Assembly: GCA_946614445.1 (NCBI GenBank)
Contig: CAMOGY010000003.1
Coordinates: 9,950 to 73,949 of the forward strand
Direction of reading: 5' to 3'
DNA length: 64,000 nucleotides
From: an uncultured Ruminococcus sp.
Lineage (GTDB): Bacteria > Bacillota > Clostridia > Oscillospirales > Ruminococcaceae
Shown here one piece after another: positions 20,420 to 28,121 of the stretch; position 1 is the stretch's first letter; each line of letters opens with the position of its first letter. Position numbers and translations under genes: made by a program. The notes below the pieces were generated by a model. That model was not told the DNA's origin. It made no database searches and saw only the letters and a program-made list of their open reading frames with translations.

Positions 20420-21256
20420 ATGCTCAGCACCGCACAGATAAAGAAAAATGCAAAAGCCTCACTCAGCAGCCAGTTCGGTCCAAGCCTTACCCTCACGCTG
20501 CACATGATAACCAACGTCTGCCTGATATTTCTGGTAGAGTTCACCGTTTATCTGGTCCTGGACAGGCTCGGACTTGGCTATTACTACGATATCCGCAATA
20601 TCCCCAAAATACCCTGGGTTGCGGTAATGTGGGTGTTCCAGGCAGTCGTTGTCCTCAGCTTTCTCACCTATCAGCGCCAGATATTGCGCAGACTTTTTAT
20701 CGACGTGACTCTCGACAGGGATTATATCCTCACACGCCAGTACCTCTTTGCGCACACGAATGAGTTTATCCGCATCTCGCTGCGCTCCTCTGCGGTCATC
20801 AATTTTATGAAGCTGTGTATGCTGATACCTGCCCTGCTTTCAAGCTATCTGATCTTCCGCTGGAGCATCAGGAACCGGACAGAAGAGCTTACCTCGATAG
20901 GTCTTTTCGTTTTCATGATATGTATCGGCTTTACTCTTATCTGGCTGGGCGTGTTCGTAAAGTATTGCGCCTCACTTGCGCTTGCACCGTATATCATGTC
21001 GCTCAACCCGAGAACGAGCGTGTTCGATGCCTGCGACCTTTCCGCAAAGCTGATGGAAGGCCACTACGGACAGTATTTCTCACTCATTTGTTCATTTCTG
21101 CCGCTTGTTCCGTTAGTGCTGCTCATTTACCCGTTCTTTCTGATCTATCCCTACTGGGCAGTTTCCTATAACTCGATGATAAAGGATATAATGGGCGATT
21201 ACTGGCAGGACAAAATGCCCTCAATGATAAGAAGGTGGCAGAAATACCGCAAATAG
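20420..21256 (+). CDS. DUF975-like integral membrane protein
   Basis: 278 aa. The N-terminus (QIKKNAKASLSSQFG) and TM layout resemble DUF975 proteins. Confidence 0.55.
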   Translation: MLSTAQIKKNAKASLSSQFGPSLTLTLHMITNVCLIFLVEFTVYLVLDRLGLGYYYDIRNIPKIPWVAVMWVFQAVVVLSFLTYQRQILRRLFIDVTLDRDYILTRQYLFAHTNEFIRISLRSSAVINFMKLCMLIPALLSSYLIFRWSIRNRTEELTSIGLFVFMICIGFTLIWLGVFVKYCASLALAPYIMSLNPRTSVFDACDLSAKLMEGHYGQYFSLICSFLPLVPLVLLIYPFFLIYPYWAVSYNSMIKDIMGDYWQDKMPSMIRRWQKYRK

Positions 21257-22098
21257 TTTTTACCTGCACAGCCGCCGAGCATGGCAGAAAGCTCGGTGAT
21301 GTCCTGCGTGAAATGGGCTTTTCACGCAGGCAGATAACACGCCTTAAACGTGTGGACGGCGGTATGCTGTGCAATTCTCACCCGATAAGAACAGTCGATA
21401 GCGTAAGCTGCGGCGATGTTATCTCGCTGAGCGAACAGGAGCAAGCCTCTGCCGAGCCAAACGGCAGCCTCGCCGTCGGAATTCTATACGAGGACGACTA
21501 CCTCGTGGTTTTCGATAAACCGCCCTCAATGCCCTGCCACGAATCTATAAATCACCGTGGCGATACCCTTTCAAATTTCTTTGCATACCACTGCCCTGCT
21601 GCCGCATTCCGCTGCGTCAACAGGCTCGATAAAGATACCAGCGGCTGCGTCGTCATCGCAAAGGACAGGTACAGCGCAAACAGGCTGCATAAAAGCTGCA
21701 AAAAGACCTACCTTGGCATCGTCAGCGGCATTGCCTGCGGCGGCGGAAGGATATGTGCACCTATCGCAAGGGAAAGCGAATCTATCATCAGGCGGTGCGT
21801 CCGCAGCGACGGGCAGTATGCCGCAACTACTTTCTGTGTTGTGAAACGCTCGGGCAGGTTCGCATTGTGCAGGTTCGTCCTTGAAACAGGAAGAACGCAC
21901 CAGATACGCTGCCATACAGCGTATATCGGGCACGCACTTGTCGGGGACGATATGTACGGGGAGAAAAGCGAGCTTATCGGCAGGCAGGCACTGCATTGTT
22001 CAAGCGTGAGCTTCACCCACCCCATCACCCACCAAACGCTCACCGTAAACGCCCCGCTCCCCGGCGATATGAAAAAACTCATCAACGAACAAGGCTGA
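21235..22098 (+). CDS. RluA-family pseudouridine synthase
   Basis: S4-like N-terminus plus the catalytic region NRLDKDTSGCVVIAK and HQIRCH motif. The stop codon lies inside the 5' arm of the first terminator hairpin. Confidence 0.85.
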   Translation: MAEIPQIVFTCTAAEHGRKLGDVLREMGFSRRQITRLKRVDGGMLCNSHPIRTVDSVSCGDVISLSEQEQASAEPNGSLAVGILYEDDYLVVFDKPPSMPCHESINHRGDTLSNFFAYHCPAAAFRCVNRLDKDTSGCVVIAKDRYSANRLHKSCKKTYLGIVSGIACGGGRICAPIARESESIIRRCVRSDGQYAATTFCVVKRSGRFALCRFVLETGRTHQIRCHTAYIGHALVGDDMYGEKSELIGRQALHCSSVSFTHPITHQTLTVNAPLPGDMKKLINEQG

Positions 22099-22266
22099 CC
22101 CGAAAAGGTCAGCCTTTCTGTAATTACTATACAAAATCAATAATCTGTGACCGAAGGGGTCATAGGGGGCGATCGGAAAGCCCCCTAAACATGAAGCTCA
22201 TATTTTATATTATCCAACCTTTATTTGAGCATTATACCAACAGCATAGTTTGCCAACATTAAAAAA
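22093..22266 (-). repeat. Family-1 element, tandem unit 1 (candidate sRNA gene on minus strand)
   Basis: Hairpin GGCTGACC..GGTCAGCC at 22093-22114 plus a ~150-bp unit. Minus-strand TGgTATAAT at 22231-22239. Internal hairpins at about 22148-22190. Confidence 0.7.
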
Positions 22267-22430
22267 GCTGACCCGAAGGTCAGCCTTTTCTGTAATTACT
22301 ATACAAAATCAATGATTTGTGACCGAAGGGGTCATAGGGGGAAGCCCCCTAAACATGAAGCTCATATTTTATATTATCCAACCTTTATTTGAGCATTATA
22401 CCAACAGCATAGTTTGTCAACATTAAAAAA
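22267..22430 (-). repeat. Family-1 element, tandem unit 2 (candidate sRNA gene on minus strand)
   Basis: Hairpin at 22267-22284 preceded by A6 (U6 on the minus strand). Minus-strand TGgTATAAT at 22395-22403. An 8-nt deletion lies in the loop of the AGGGGG..CCCCCT hairpin. Confidence 0.7.
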
Positions 22431-22623
22431 GCTGACCCAAAGGTCAGCCTTTTCTGTCATTACTATACAAAATCAATGATTTGTGACCGAAGGGGTCATA
22501 GGGGGCGATCGGAAAGCCCCCTAAACAGAAAGCTCATCTTTTATATTATCCAATCTTTATTTGAGCATTATACCAACAGCATAGTTTGCCAGCATTAAAA
22601 AAGCTGACCCGAAAAGGTCAGCC
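22431..22623 (-). repeat. Family-1 element, tandem unit 3 plus terminal hairpin (parB terminator)
   Basis: Hairpins at 22431-22448 and 22603-22622, both followed by U6 on the minus strand. Minus-strand TGgTATAAT at 22567-22575. Confidence 0.7.
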
Positions 22624-22634
22624 TTTATTATTTT

Positions 22635-23540
22635 TCAGTAGTTCGCCAGCAGCTCTGCCAGCTTGCTCAGCACATCGTTCACGTCAACGTCCTTGCCGAT
22701 AGTCAGCGTCACCGAGGTCGCTCCCCTGCCCGACTGCTTTGCCTTCGCCTTTACACTTGACCTGTCGTTCACGCTTATCTCAAACTCACGCAAAAACGGG
22801 TTATCCAGCTTCATTGAAGGCTTTTTCGCCTTGGCGGACTGCTGTGGGTCCTTATTCGCCATAATGGAAATATATTTCTCAAGCTCACGCACCGTCAGCT
22901 TGTTTTCCGCAGCGATCCTTGCGCACTCCTCCTGCTCCTTTGAGTCGGTTATGCCTGCAAGCATTTTTGCGTGCCCAACGGTCAGCTGTCCCTCCTCAAG
23001 CAAAGTCATCGCAGGCTCGCCCAGCGTGAGCAGCCTGAGCGAATTTGCTATCACCGAACGGGACTTCCCCACCGCCTGCGAAACGTCCTGCTGCGTCATC
23101 GAGTAAACGTCCATCAGCTGCTTGTAAGCCATCGCTTCCTCTATCGGCGTAAGGTCCTCCCTCTGAATATTCTCTATCAGCGCAAGCTGCATCACCTGCT
23201 TGTTGTTAAGCTCCCTTATAAAAACGGGAACCTCCTTCAGCCCGGCAACTCTTGCAGCTCTCCAGCGCCTCTCCCCCGCAACTATCCTGTAACCGCCGTT
23301 TTCAAGCGGAGTTACAAGTATCGGCTGCAGGATACCATTTTCCTTTATGCTCTGCGCAAGCTCCTGTATTTTTCCCTCATCGAACTGGTTTCTCGGCTGG
23401 CTCTTGTTCGGCTCAACGAGCGAAATGCTCACATAAGCAGTGCCGTTTTGCGCCTGCCCGGCTTCTTTTTTCTCCTCGGGAACGCTGTTGTCGCTGAAAA
23501 GCGCATCGAGTCCCCTGTTCATTCGTGCCTTTTTGCTCAT
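22635..23540 (-). CDS. spo0J: Chromosome partitioning protein ParB/Spo0J
   Basis: 301 aa with the ParB box GERRWRAA and an HTH region, directly downstream of parA. Confidence 0.9.
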   Translation of the reverse strand: MSKKARMNRGLDALFSDNSVPEEKKEAGQAQNGTAYVSISLVEPNKSQPRNQFDEGKIQELAQSIKENGILQPILVTPLENGGYRIVAGERRWRAARVAGLKEVPVFIRELNNKQVMQLALIENIQREDLTPIEEAMAYKQLMDVYSMTQQDVSQAVGKSRSVIANSLRLLTLGEPAMTLLEEGQLTVGHAKMLAGITDSKEQEECARIAAENKLTVRELEKYISIMANKDPQQSAKAKKPSMKLDNPFLREFEISVNDRSSVKAKAKQSGRGATSVTLTIGKDVDVNDVLSKLAELLANY

Positions 23541-23543
23541 TTT

Positions 23544-24356
23544 CTATTCCTTTCCGCCAAATGTTTCACGTGAAACATTTTCCTTTGCTTTCTTTTTTCT
23601 TCTCTTGGTTATCTCCTTGGCAAGCTCCTCATAAGCCTTTGCACCCTTGGATTTTTTCTCGTAGTATATCACCGGCTCGCCAAAGCTGGGCGCTTCGGAG
23701 ACAGCAACATTTCTCGGTATCACCGTGTTGAACGTTTCGTTCGGGAAATGCTTGCGCACCTCTTTGATTATCTGCTCTGTCAGCTTGTAACGGGAAACGC
23801 ACATTGTAAAAAGTATCCCCTCGACCTCAAGCTCGCTGTTCCACGTTTCTTTCACCCGGTTTATCGTCTGGTGAAGCTCCACCAGTCCTTCAAGCGAGAG
23901 GAACTCGCACTGTATCGGGATTATCACCGAGTTTGCTGCGACCAGCGCATTTATCGTCAGCATATCCAGCGTCGGCGGACAGTCGATAAAGATGTAGTCG
24001 TAAAAATCAGCCGCATCGGCAATGCAGCTGCGCAGGCGCATTGCCCTGTTCTGCATCGAAAGCAGCTCGACAGATGCACTTGCAAGGTCCTGCGTCGTCG
24101 GCACGACAGAAACTCCCCTGAACGCCGAAGCAACTACTGCCTCCTGAAGCAGACAATCTCCGAGCAGCACATCGTAAATAGTGTTGCGTATGCTTTTTTT
24201 AGCAATGCCAAGGCTGGTCGTGGTGTTGCCCTGCGGATCGAAATCTATTATGAGTACCTTTGAGCCTTTTGCACCGAAAACGGAAGCAAGATTTACCACG
24301 GTCGTGGATTTTCCGACTCCGCCTTTCTGGTTTGAAACTGCAATTACACTTCCCAT
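23544..24356 (-). CDS. soj: Chromosome partitioning ATPase ParA/Soj
   Basis: Start set at MGSVIAVSNQKGGVGKST (deviant Walker A), ATG at 24356. The 99-aa upstream extension in the ORF track runs through non-coding parS DNA. Confidence 0.9.
   Translation of the reverse strand: MGSVIAVSNQKGGVGKSTTVVNLASVFGAKGSKVLIIDFDPQGNTTTSLGIAKKSIRNTIYDVLLGDCLLQEAVVASAFRGVSVVPTTQDLASASVELLSMQNRAMRLRSCIADAADFYDYIFIDCPPTLDMLTINALVAANSVIIPIQCEFLSLEGLVELHQTINRVKETWNSELEVEGILFTMCVSRYKLTEQIIKEVRKHFPNETFNTVIPRNVAVSEAPSFGEPVIYYEKKSKGAKAYEELAKEITKRRKKKAKENVSRETFGGKE
23562..23577. promoter_or_regulatory. parS site 1 (perfect TGTTTCACGTGAAACA)
   Basis: Exact 16-bp palindrome matching the Firmicutes parS consensus. The palindrome extends to 22 bp (23559-23580). 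It lies in the last codons of soj. Confidence 0.85.
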
Positions 24357-24474
24357 TTTATTACACGCCAAAAGGCGTTTCCTCCATTCCGAAATGATTA
24401 CGGCTGCTGCCGCATTTTTATTATACAACATTTTCCGCATTTTGAAAAGGGGTTTTTGAAAATAAAATTTGCAA

Positions 24475-24490
24475 TGTTTCACGTGAAACA
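24475..24490. promoter_or_regulatory. parS site 2 (perfect TGTTTCACGTGAAACA)
   Basis: Exact 16-bp palindrome in the soj / noc-like divergent intergenic region. Confidence 0.85.
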
Positions 24491-24661
24491 TTTTTCGTGG
24501 AGAAAAGACAGGAAAGGAGAAAACTTTCTGTGCGGCGGTGAAAAATGCTGAAAAAAGAAAGTCCCGAAGAAAGCGGCGGCAGGGCAGGGCAGGCGGAATT
24601 AAAAAAGAACAGACACAAAAGCAGGGCAGGTTCAATGCGGATCTTTTTTGCAAAGTGAAAA

Positions 24662-24677
24662 TGTTTCACGTGAAACA
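24662..24677. promoter_or_regulatory. parS site 3 (perfect TGTTTCACGTGAAACA)
   Basis: Exact 16-bp palindrome, 187 bp from site 2. Confidence 0.85.
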
Positions 24678-24842
24678 TTTTTCGAGCTTTGTCGGCAGGG
24701 GAGCGGCAAAATTTTGGAGAGCAGACGCAGAAAATGCTGCAAAAAGCTGATGCGTGGCGGTATTTTGGGTAAATTTGCGTGCATAAAGCTATGGAAATGC
24801 GGACTTTTGTGTGTTATCATCACATAAAAAGGAGGAATCAAA

Positions 24843-25766
24843 ATGAGCATACTACAAAAGGCTCTGAGCAGAGCTTTTATCGGTGAGGAAGATTACGACG
24901 AGAACGTTACGCAGTATTACGAACGCAAAAGGGAACAGGGCAGCAGCCTTGCGGTAAAAGAGGTCGGGAAGATATTTGACATTTCGGTCGCAGACATTCG
25001 CACCAACCCTGCGCAGCCAAGAAAGTTTTTTGCGCCCGACAAGCTGACGGAGCTTGCAAAGAGCATCTCGCAGGACGGGATAATCCAGCCGCTGAGCGTG
25101 CGCAGAGTTGAGGGCGGCTTTGAGCTTATCTCGGGGGAGCGCAGGCTGAGAGCGGCAAAAATGGCAGGTATGAAAAGCGTGCCCTGCATTGTTATAAACG
25201 CTGACAGCAAGCGCAGTGCGGTAATGGCACTGATAGAAAATATCCAACGGGCGCAGCTGGGATTTTTTGAGGAGGCGCAGGCAATGGAGGAGCTTATCAG
25301 GCGGTTCGGGCTGAAGCAGGAGGAGCTTGCTGTGCGGCTGGGTTCGGCGCAGAGCACGGTGGCGAACAAGCTGCGTTTGCTGCGGCTTTCGCAGGAGGAG
25401 AGAGATATAATCACGGACACGGGGCTGAGCGAGCGGCACGCAAGGGCTTTGCTGAAAATAGACGATGAGGATATGCGCAAGAGCGTTTTACTGAAGGCGG
25501 TCAACGGCGGCTGGACGGTAAATCAGCTGGAGGGGCAGATCAAGAAAATGCAGGAGCAGGAGATACGCAGGCAGAACATTCGCAAGGGGGCAGTGGTGCT
25601 GAGAGATGTGAGAATGTTTTTCAACACTGTGAACAAGGCTGTGGACGTTATGCGGCTTGCAGGAGTGGAGGCGGACACCAAAAGGATAGACCACGAGGAC
25701 CATATAGAATACATAATTAAAATATCCTCAAAAAATTTAAAAAATACACCCATTTCTGTGCCTTGA
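24843..25766 (+). CDS. Second ParB-family paralogue (Noc-like)
   Basis: 307 aa with the ParB box GERRLRAAK and HTH STVANKLRLLRL. Divergently oriented to soj-spo0J. Confidence 0.8.
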   Translation: MSILQKALSRAFIGEEDYDENVTQYYERKREQGSSLAVKEVGKIFDISVADIRTNPAQPRKFFAPDKLTELAKSISQDGIIQPLSVRRVEGGFELISGERRLRAAKMAGMKSVPCIVINADSKRSAVMALIENIQRAQLGFFEEAQAMEELIRRFGLKQEELAVRLGSAQSTVANKLRLLRLSQEERDIITDTGLSERHARALLKIDDEDMRKSVLLKAVNGGWTVNQLEGQIKKMQEQEIRRQNIRKGAVVLRDVRMFFNTVNKAVDVMRLAGVEADTKRIDHEDHIEYIIKISSKNLKNTPISVP

Positions 25767-25831
25767 AATTCACAAAATACGCTGTTATAATCAAATTAAG
25801 ATAGTATACGCTTTTCGGGGGAGGTGTTACT

Positions 25832-27346
25832 GTGAACAGACTTAAAAGGATCCTGCTGGGGATAACTGTGCTTGCACTGTGTCTTTCGCTGTTTGCAGGA
25901 CAGGATCCCGAGGTAACACAGAGCAGGGATATAAAGACAGCTGAGCAGTCACGGCAGGAGGACAAGCCGCAATTCGAGGAAAAGCGCAGCGGTGACGACA
26001 GCAGCGAAGACGACCCGGGTGAAAAGACGATGCCCGAGGACGAGGCTTTTGAGATAGACGACAGCAGAACGATACATTATTACGTTCTGGACAAGTTCCT
26101 GGTGACAAAGAACGCCGACGCTAAGATATGCCTTAAGGATCTGAACGGCGAGGAGATAGAAAAGGCTTCGCTGACCTCGGACGACAAGGGCGAGATAACG
26201 CTTGATGTGAAAGACGGAAAGCTCACGATGATCGCAGGAGAGCAGGAAATAAGCGGTTTTACCTACAACGGCGCTAAGATAAGGCTCAAGGACGGCGAGC
26301 TGTACATTGACGGGGTGAAGCTGACAGCACGAAGCAGCGAGGGAAGCGGTATGCTTCTTGGCAAGGATTACACGCTGCTGGATGACGGAAACGGCAAGCT
26401 GAGGCTGCTGAAAAACGGCGGTTCGGGCACGGACAAGGCAGAGGTAACTGCTGATGACGGCAGGGTGCTGACTATCGAGCTTTCGGCAGACAGGAACGGG
26501 CTGAGCGTCAAGGATGCTGACGGAAAGGCTGTTGAGAGGTTCTGCATTGAGGGCGTGAGCTACGCAGTAAGTTCAAACACGCTGACTGCAAACGGCAGGG
26601 AGCTTGCAAGGACGGCTGCTTCGGGTACCGTGACCTCGGCTGCGCAGACAACGCAGCCTGCCACGAGCCAGAGCAGCGCAAACGGTGCGGAGAAACAGGA
26701 TCCTACCCCAAGCCCTGCAAAACCGGCAAGCCCGGCAGCCAACCCGGCAAAACCGGCTGTAACTGCGGCTAAACCGGCGGCAACTGCGGCAACGACCAAA
26801 AAGACGACTGCGGCTTCGGCAAACGTTGTTACACAATCACTTTCGCCGCTGGCGATACCAAGTGACGGAAGAAACGTCAAGATAATCGCTTATGAGGATT
26901 ACACGAAGCAGATGCTTGAGCTGATAAACAAGCAGAGGGCAAGCAAGGGATTAAAGGCGCTTTCAGCCGACCCGACGGGCAAGATATACACGGCGGCAAA
27001 GATAAGGGCTGAGGAATATGCGCTTTACCCGACCTACTCACACACAAGACCTGCGGCAAGAGGCGGCGGTCAATATCAGACGGTATTCAAGGATATCGGG
27101 CTGAGGACTTATCTGCTGGGGCAGCTCAACAGTGCGGAGAACCTTGCAAACGGTTTCAACTGCGGTGATGAGAACGCTTCGTGGGCATTCAACAAGTGGA
27201 TGGCTTCGGCTTCGCACGCCAAGAACATTGAGAAGGCAAATGTCAACTACGCTGCGATATGCAGGGTAACAGTTCAGGAAACAAAAAGCGGTTACAGGGT
27301 GACAAGCCATTACTGGGTAATGCTTGCGACCTCGGACAAGACCTGA
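25832..27346 (+). CDS. Secreted CAP/SCP-domain protein with Ala/Pro/Lys-rich linker
   Basis: GTG start after GGGGGAGG and a signal peptide. The C-terminal ~150 aa resembles the YkwD/CAP domain (LINKQRASKGL...ENLANGF...WMASASHAKNI). Confidence 0.7.
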   Translation: MNRLKRILLGITVLALCLSLFAGQDPEVTQSRDIKTAEQSRQEDKPQFEEKRSGDDSSEDDPGEKTMPEDEAFEIDDSRTIHYYVLDKFLVTKNADAKICLKDLNGEEIEKASLTSDDKGEITLDVKDGKLTMIAGEQEISGFTYNGAKIRLKDGELYIDGVKLTARSSEGSGMLLGKDYTLLDDGNGKLRLLKNGGSGTDKAEVTADDGRVLTIELSADRNGLSVKDADGKAVERFCIEGVSYAVSSNTLTANGRELARTAASGTVTSAAQTTQPATSQSSANGAEKQDPTPSPAKPASPAANPAKPAVTAAKPAATAATTKKTTAASANVVTQSLSPLAIPSDGRNVKIIAYEDYTKQMLELINKQRASKGLKALSADPTGKIYTAAKIRAEEYALYPTYSHTRPAARGGGQYQTVFKDIGLRTYLLGQLNSAENLANGFNCGDENASWAFNKWMASASHAKNIEKANVNYAAICRVTVQETKSGYRVTSHYWVMLATSDKT

Positions 27347-27355
27347 ATAAAGCAC

Positions 27356-27568
27356 AATAAAGCTGTACGATATTATCAGCTCAGCTTGTTTCAAAACTCT
27401 GTTTTGAGTGATACGCCGGACTAAAGGCTGAACAATATAGTGCTTCGCCGCCTTATCAGGGGGCTTTCCGATCGCCCCCTAAAACCCCTTCGGACACAAG
27501 ATCATTGTTTTTATAGTTTATCAACAAATAAAGCTGTACGATATTATTTCGTACAGCTTTTATTTTTT
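27356..27568 (+). repeat. Family-1 element, dispersed copy (RNA-sense plus strand) with flanking 21-bp direct repeat and terminator
   Basis: AATAAAGCTGTACGATATTAT occurs at 27356-27376 and 27527-27547. Core hairpin at 27458-27480. Terminator hairpin at 27530-27560 plus a T-run to 27568. Confidence 0.75.
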
Positions 27569-27584
27569 CAGGGAAGTTTTAAAT

Positions 27585-28121
27585 TCAGCCGTGAAGTTTA
27601 AGGTAGGCTTTGATAACGGCGAGCTGGGTTTTGGCATCCGGCAGGCCGCCGCTGAGCGCAAGCTCATAAGCCTGCTTTAACGGCATTTTCTTAACATCAA
27701 GGAACTCGCCCTCGTCAAGGTTCTGCTTTGAAAAGGTAAGCTGCCTTGCAAGGTACATATATATCTTTTCGGTATCGTAGGCTACGGTAGGGTAGAGGCA
27801 GCCAAGCTCCTCAAAGCTCTGCGCCGTGGCACCTATCTCCTCAAGCAGCTCCCGTCTTCCGCAGGTCTCGGGCTGCTCGCCGTATTCGAGCTTGCCTGCG
27901 GGGACTTCGGTGAGGACTTCACCGAAAGGATAGCGGTACTGCTGCACAAAAAAGATATTTTCCTGCTCGTCAAGCGCTGCCACGCAGACTCCGCCCGGGT
28001 GATGAATGACCTCACGGACAGCTTTATATCCGTTATCAAGCTCGACATCATCGCTGTACAGCTTTACGACTATGCCGTCGTAGACCTGCTTTGAGGCGAT
28101 GGTTTTTTCTATGGAATACAT
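27585..28121 (-). CDS. NUDIX hydrolase (ADP-ribose pyrophosphatase-like)
   Basis: 178 aa with the Nudix box GKLEYGEQPETCGRRELLEEIG. Confidence 0.85.
   Translation of the reverse strand: MYSIEKTIASKQVYDGIVVKLYSDDVELDNGYKAVREVIHHPGGVCVAALDEQENIFFVQQYRYPFGEVLTEVPAGKLEYGEQPETCGRRELLEEIGATAQSFEELGCLYPTVAYDTEKIYMYLARQLTFSKQNLDEGEFLDVKKMPLKQAYELALSGGLPDAKTQLAVIKAYLKLHG

Noticed and set aside
22185-22226. 13-codon ORF (MSFMFRGLSDRPL) on the minus strand inside each tandem unit
   Set aside because: No usable Shine-Dalgarno at proper spacing. The 8-nt deletion in unit 2 shifts the frame and changes the peptide. The dispersed copies do not keep it. It is treated as non-coding.
22093-22623. Possible CRISPR array (regularly spaced repeated hairpins)
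   Set aside because: The period is ~170 bp and the sequences between the hairpins are themselves near-identical, so there are no unique spacers. No cas genes are present. This is a tandem repeat, not a CRISPR array.
24357-24653. 99-aa N-terminal extension of ParA/Soj in the ORF track (start 24653)
   Set aside because: The extension runs through parS sites and promoter DNA; MFHVKH is simply translated parS. ParA homology begins at MGSVIAVSNQKGGVGKST, ATG at 24356.
26640-26830. GC-rich repetitive DNA (CCGGC/AAACCGGC motifs)
   Set aside because: It is in frame within the CAP-domain protein and encodes an Ala/Pro/Lys/Thr-rich linker (PAKPASPAANPAKPAVTAAKPAATAA). This is coding low complexity, not a regulatory repeat.
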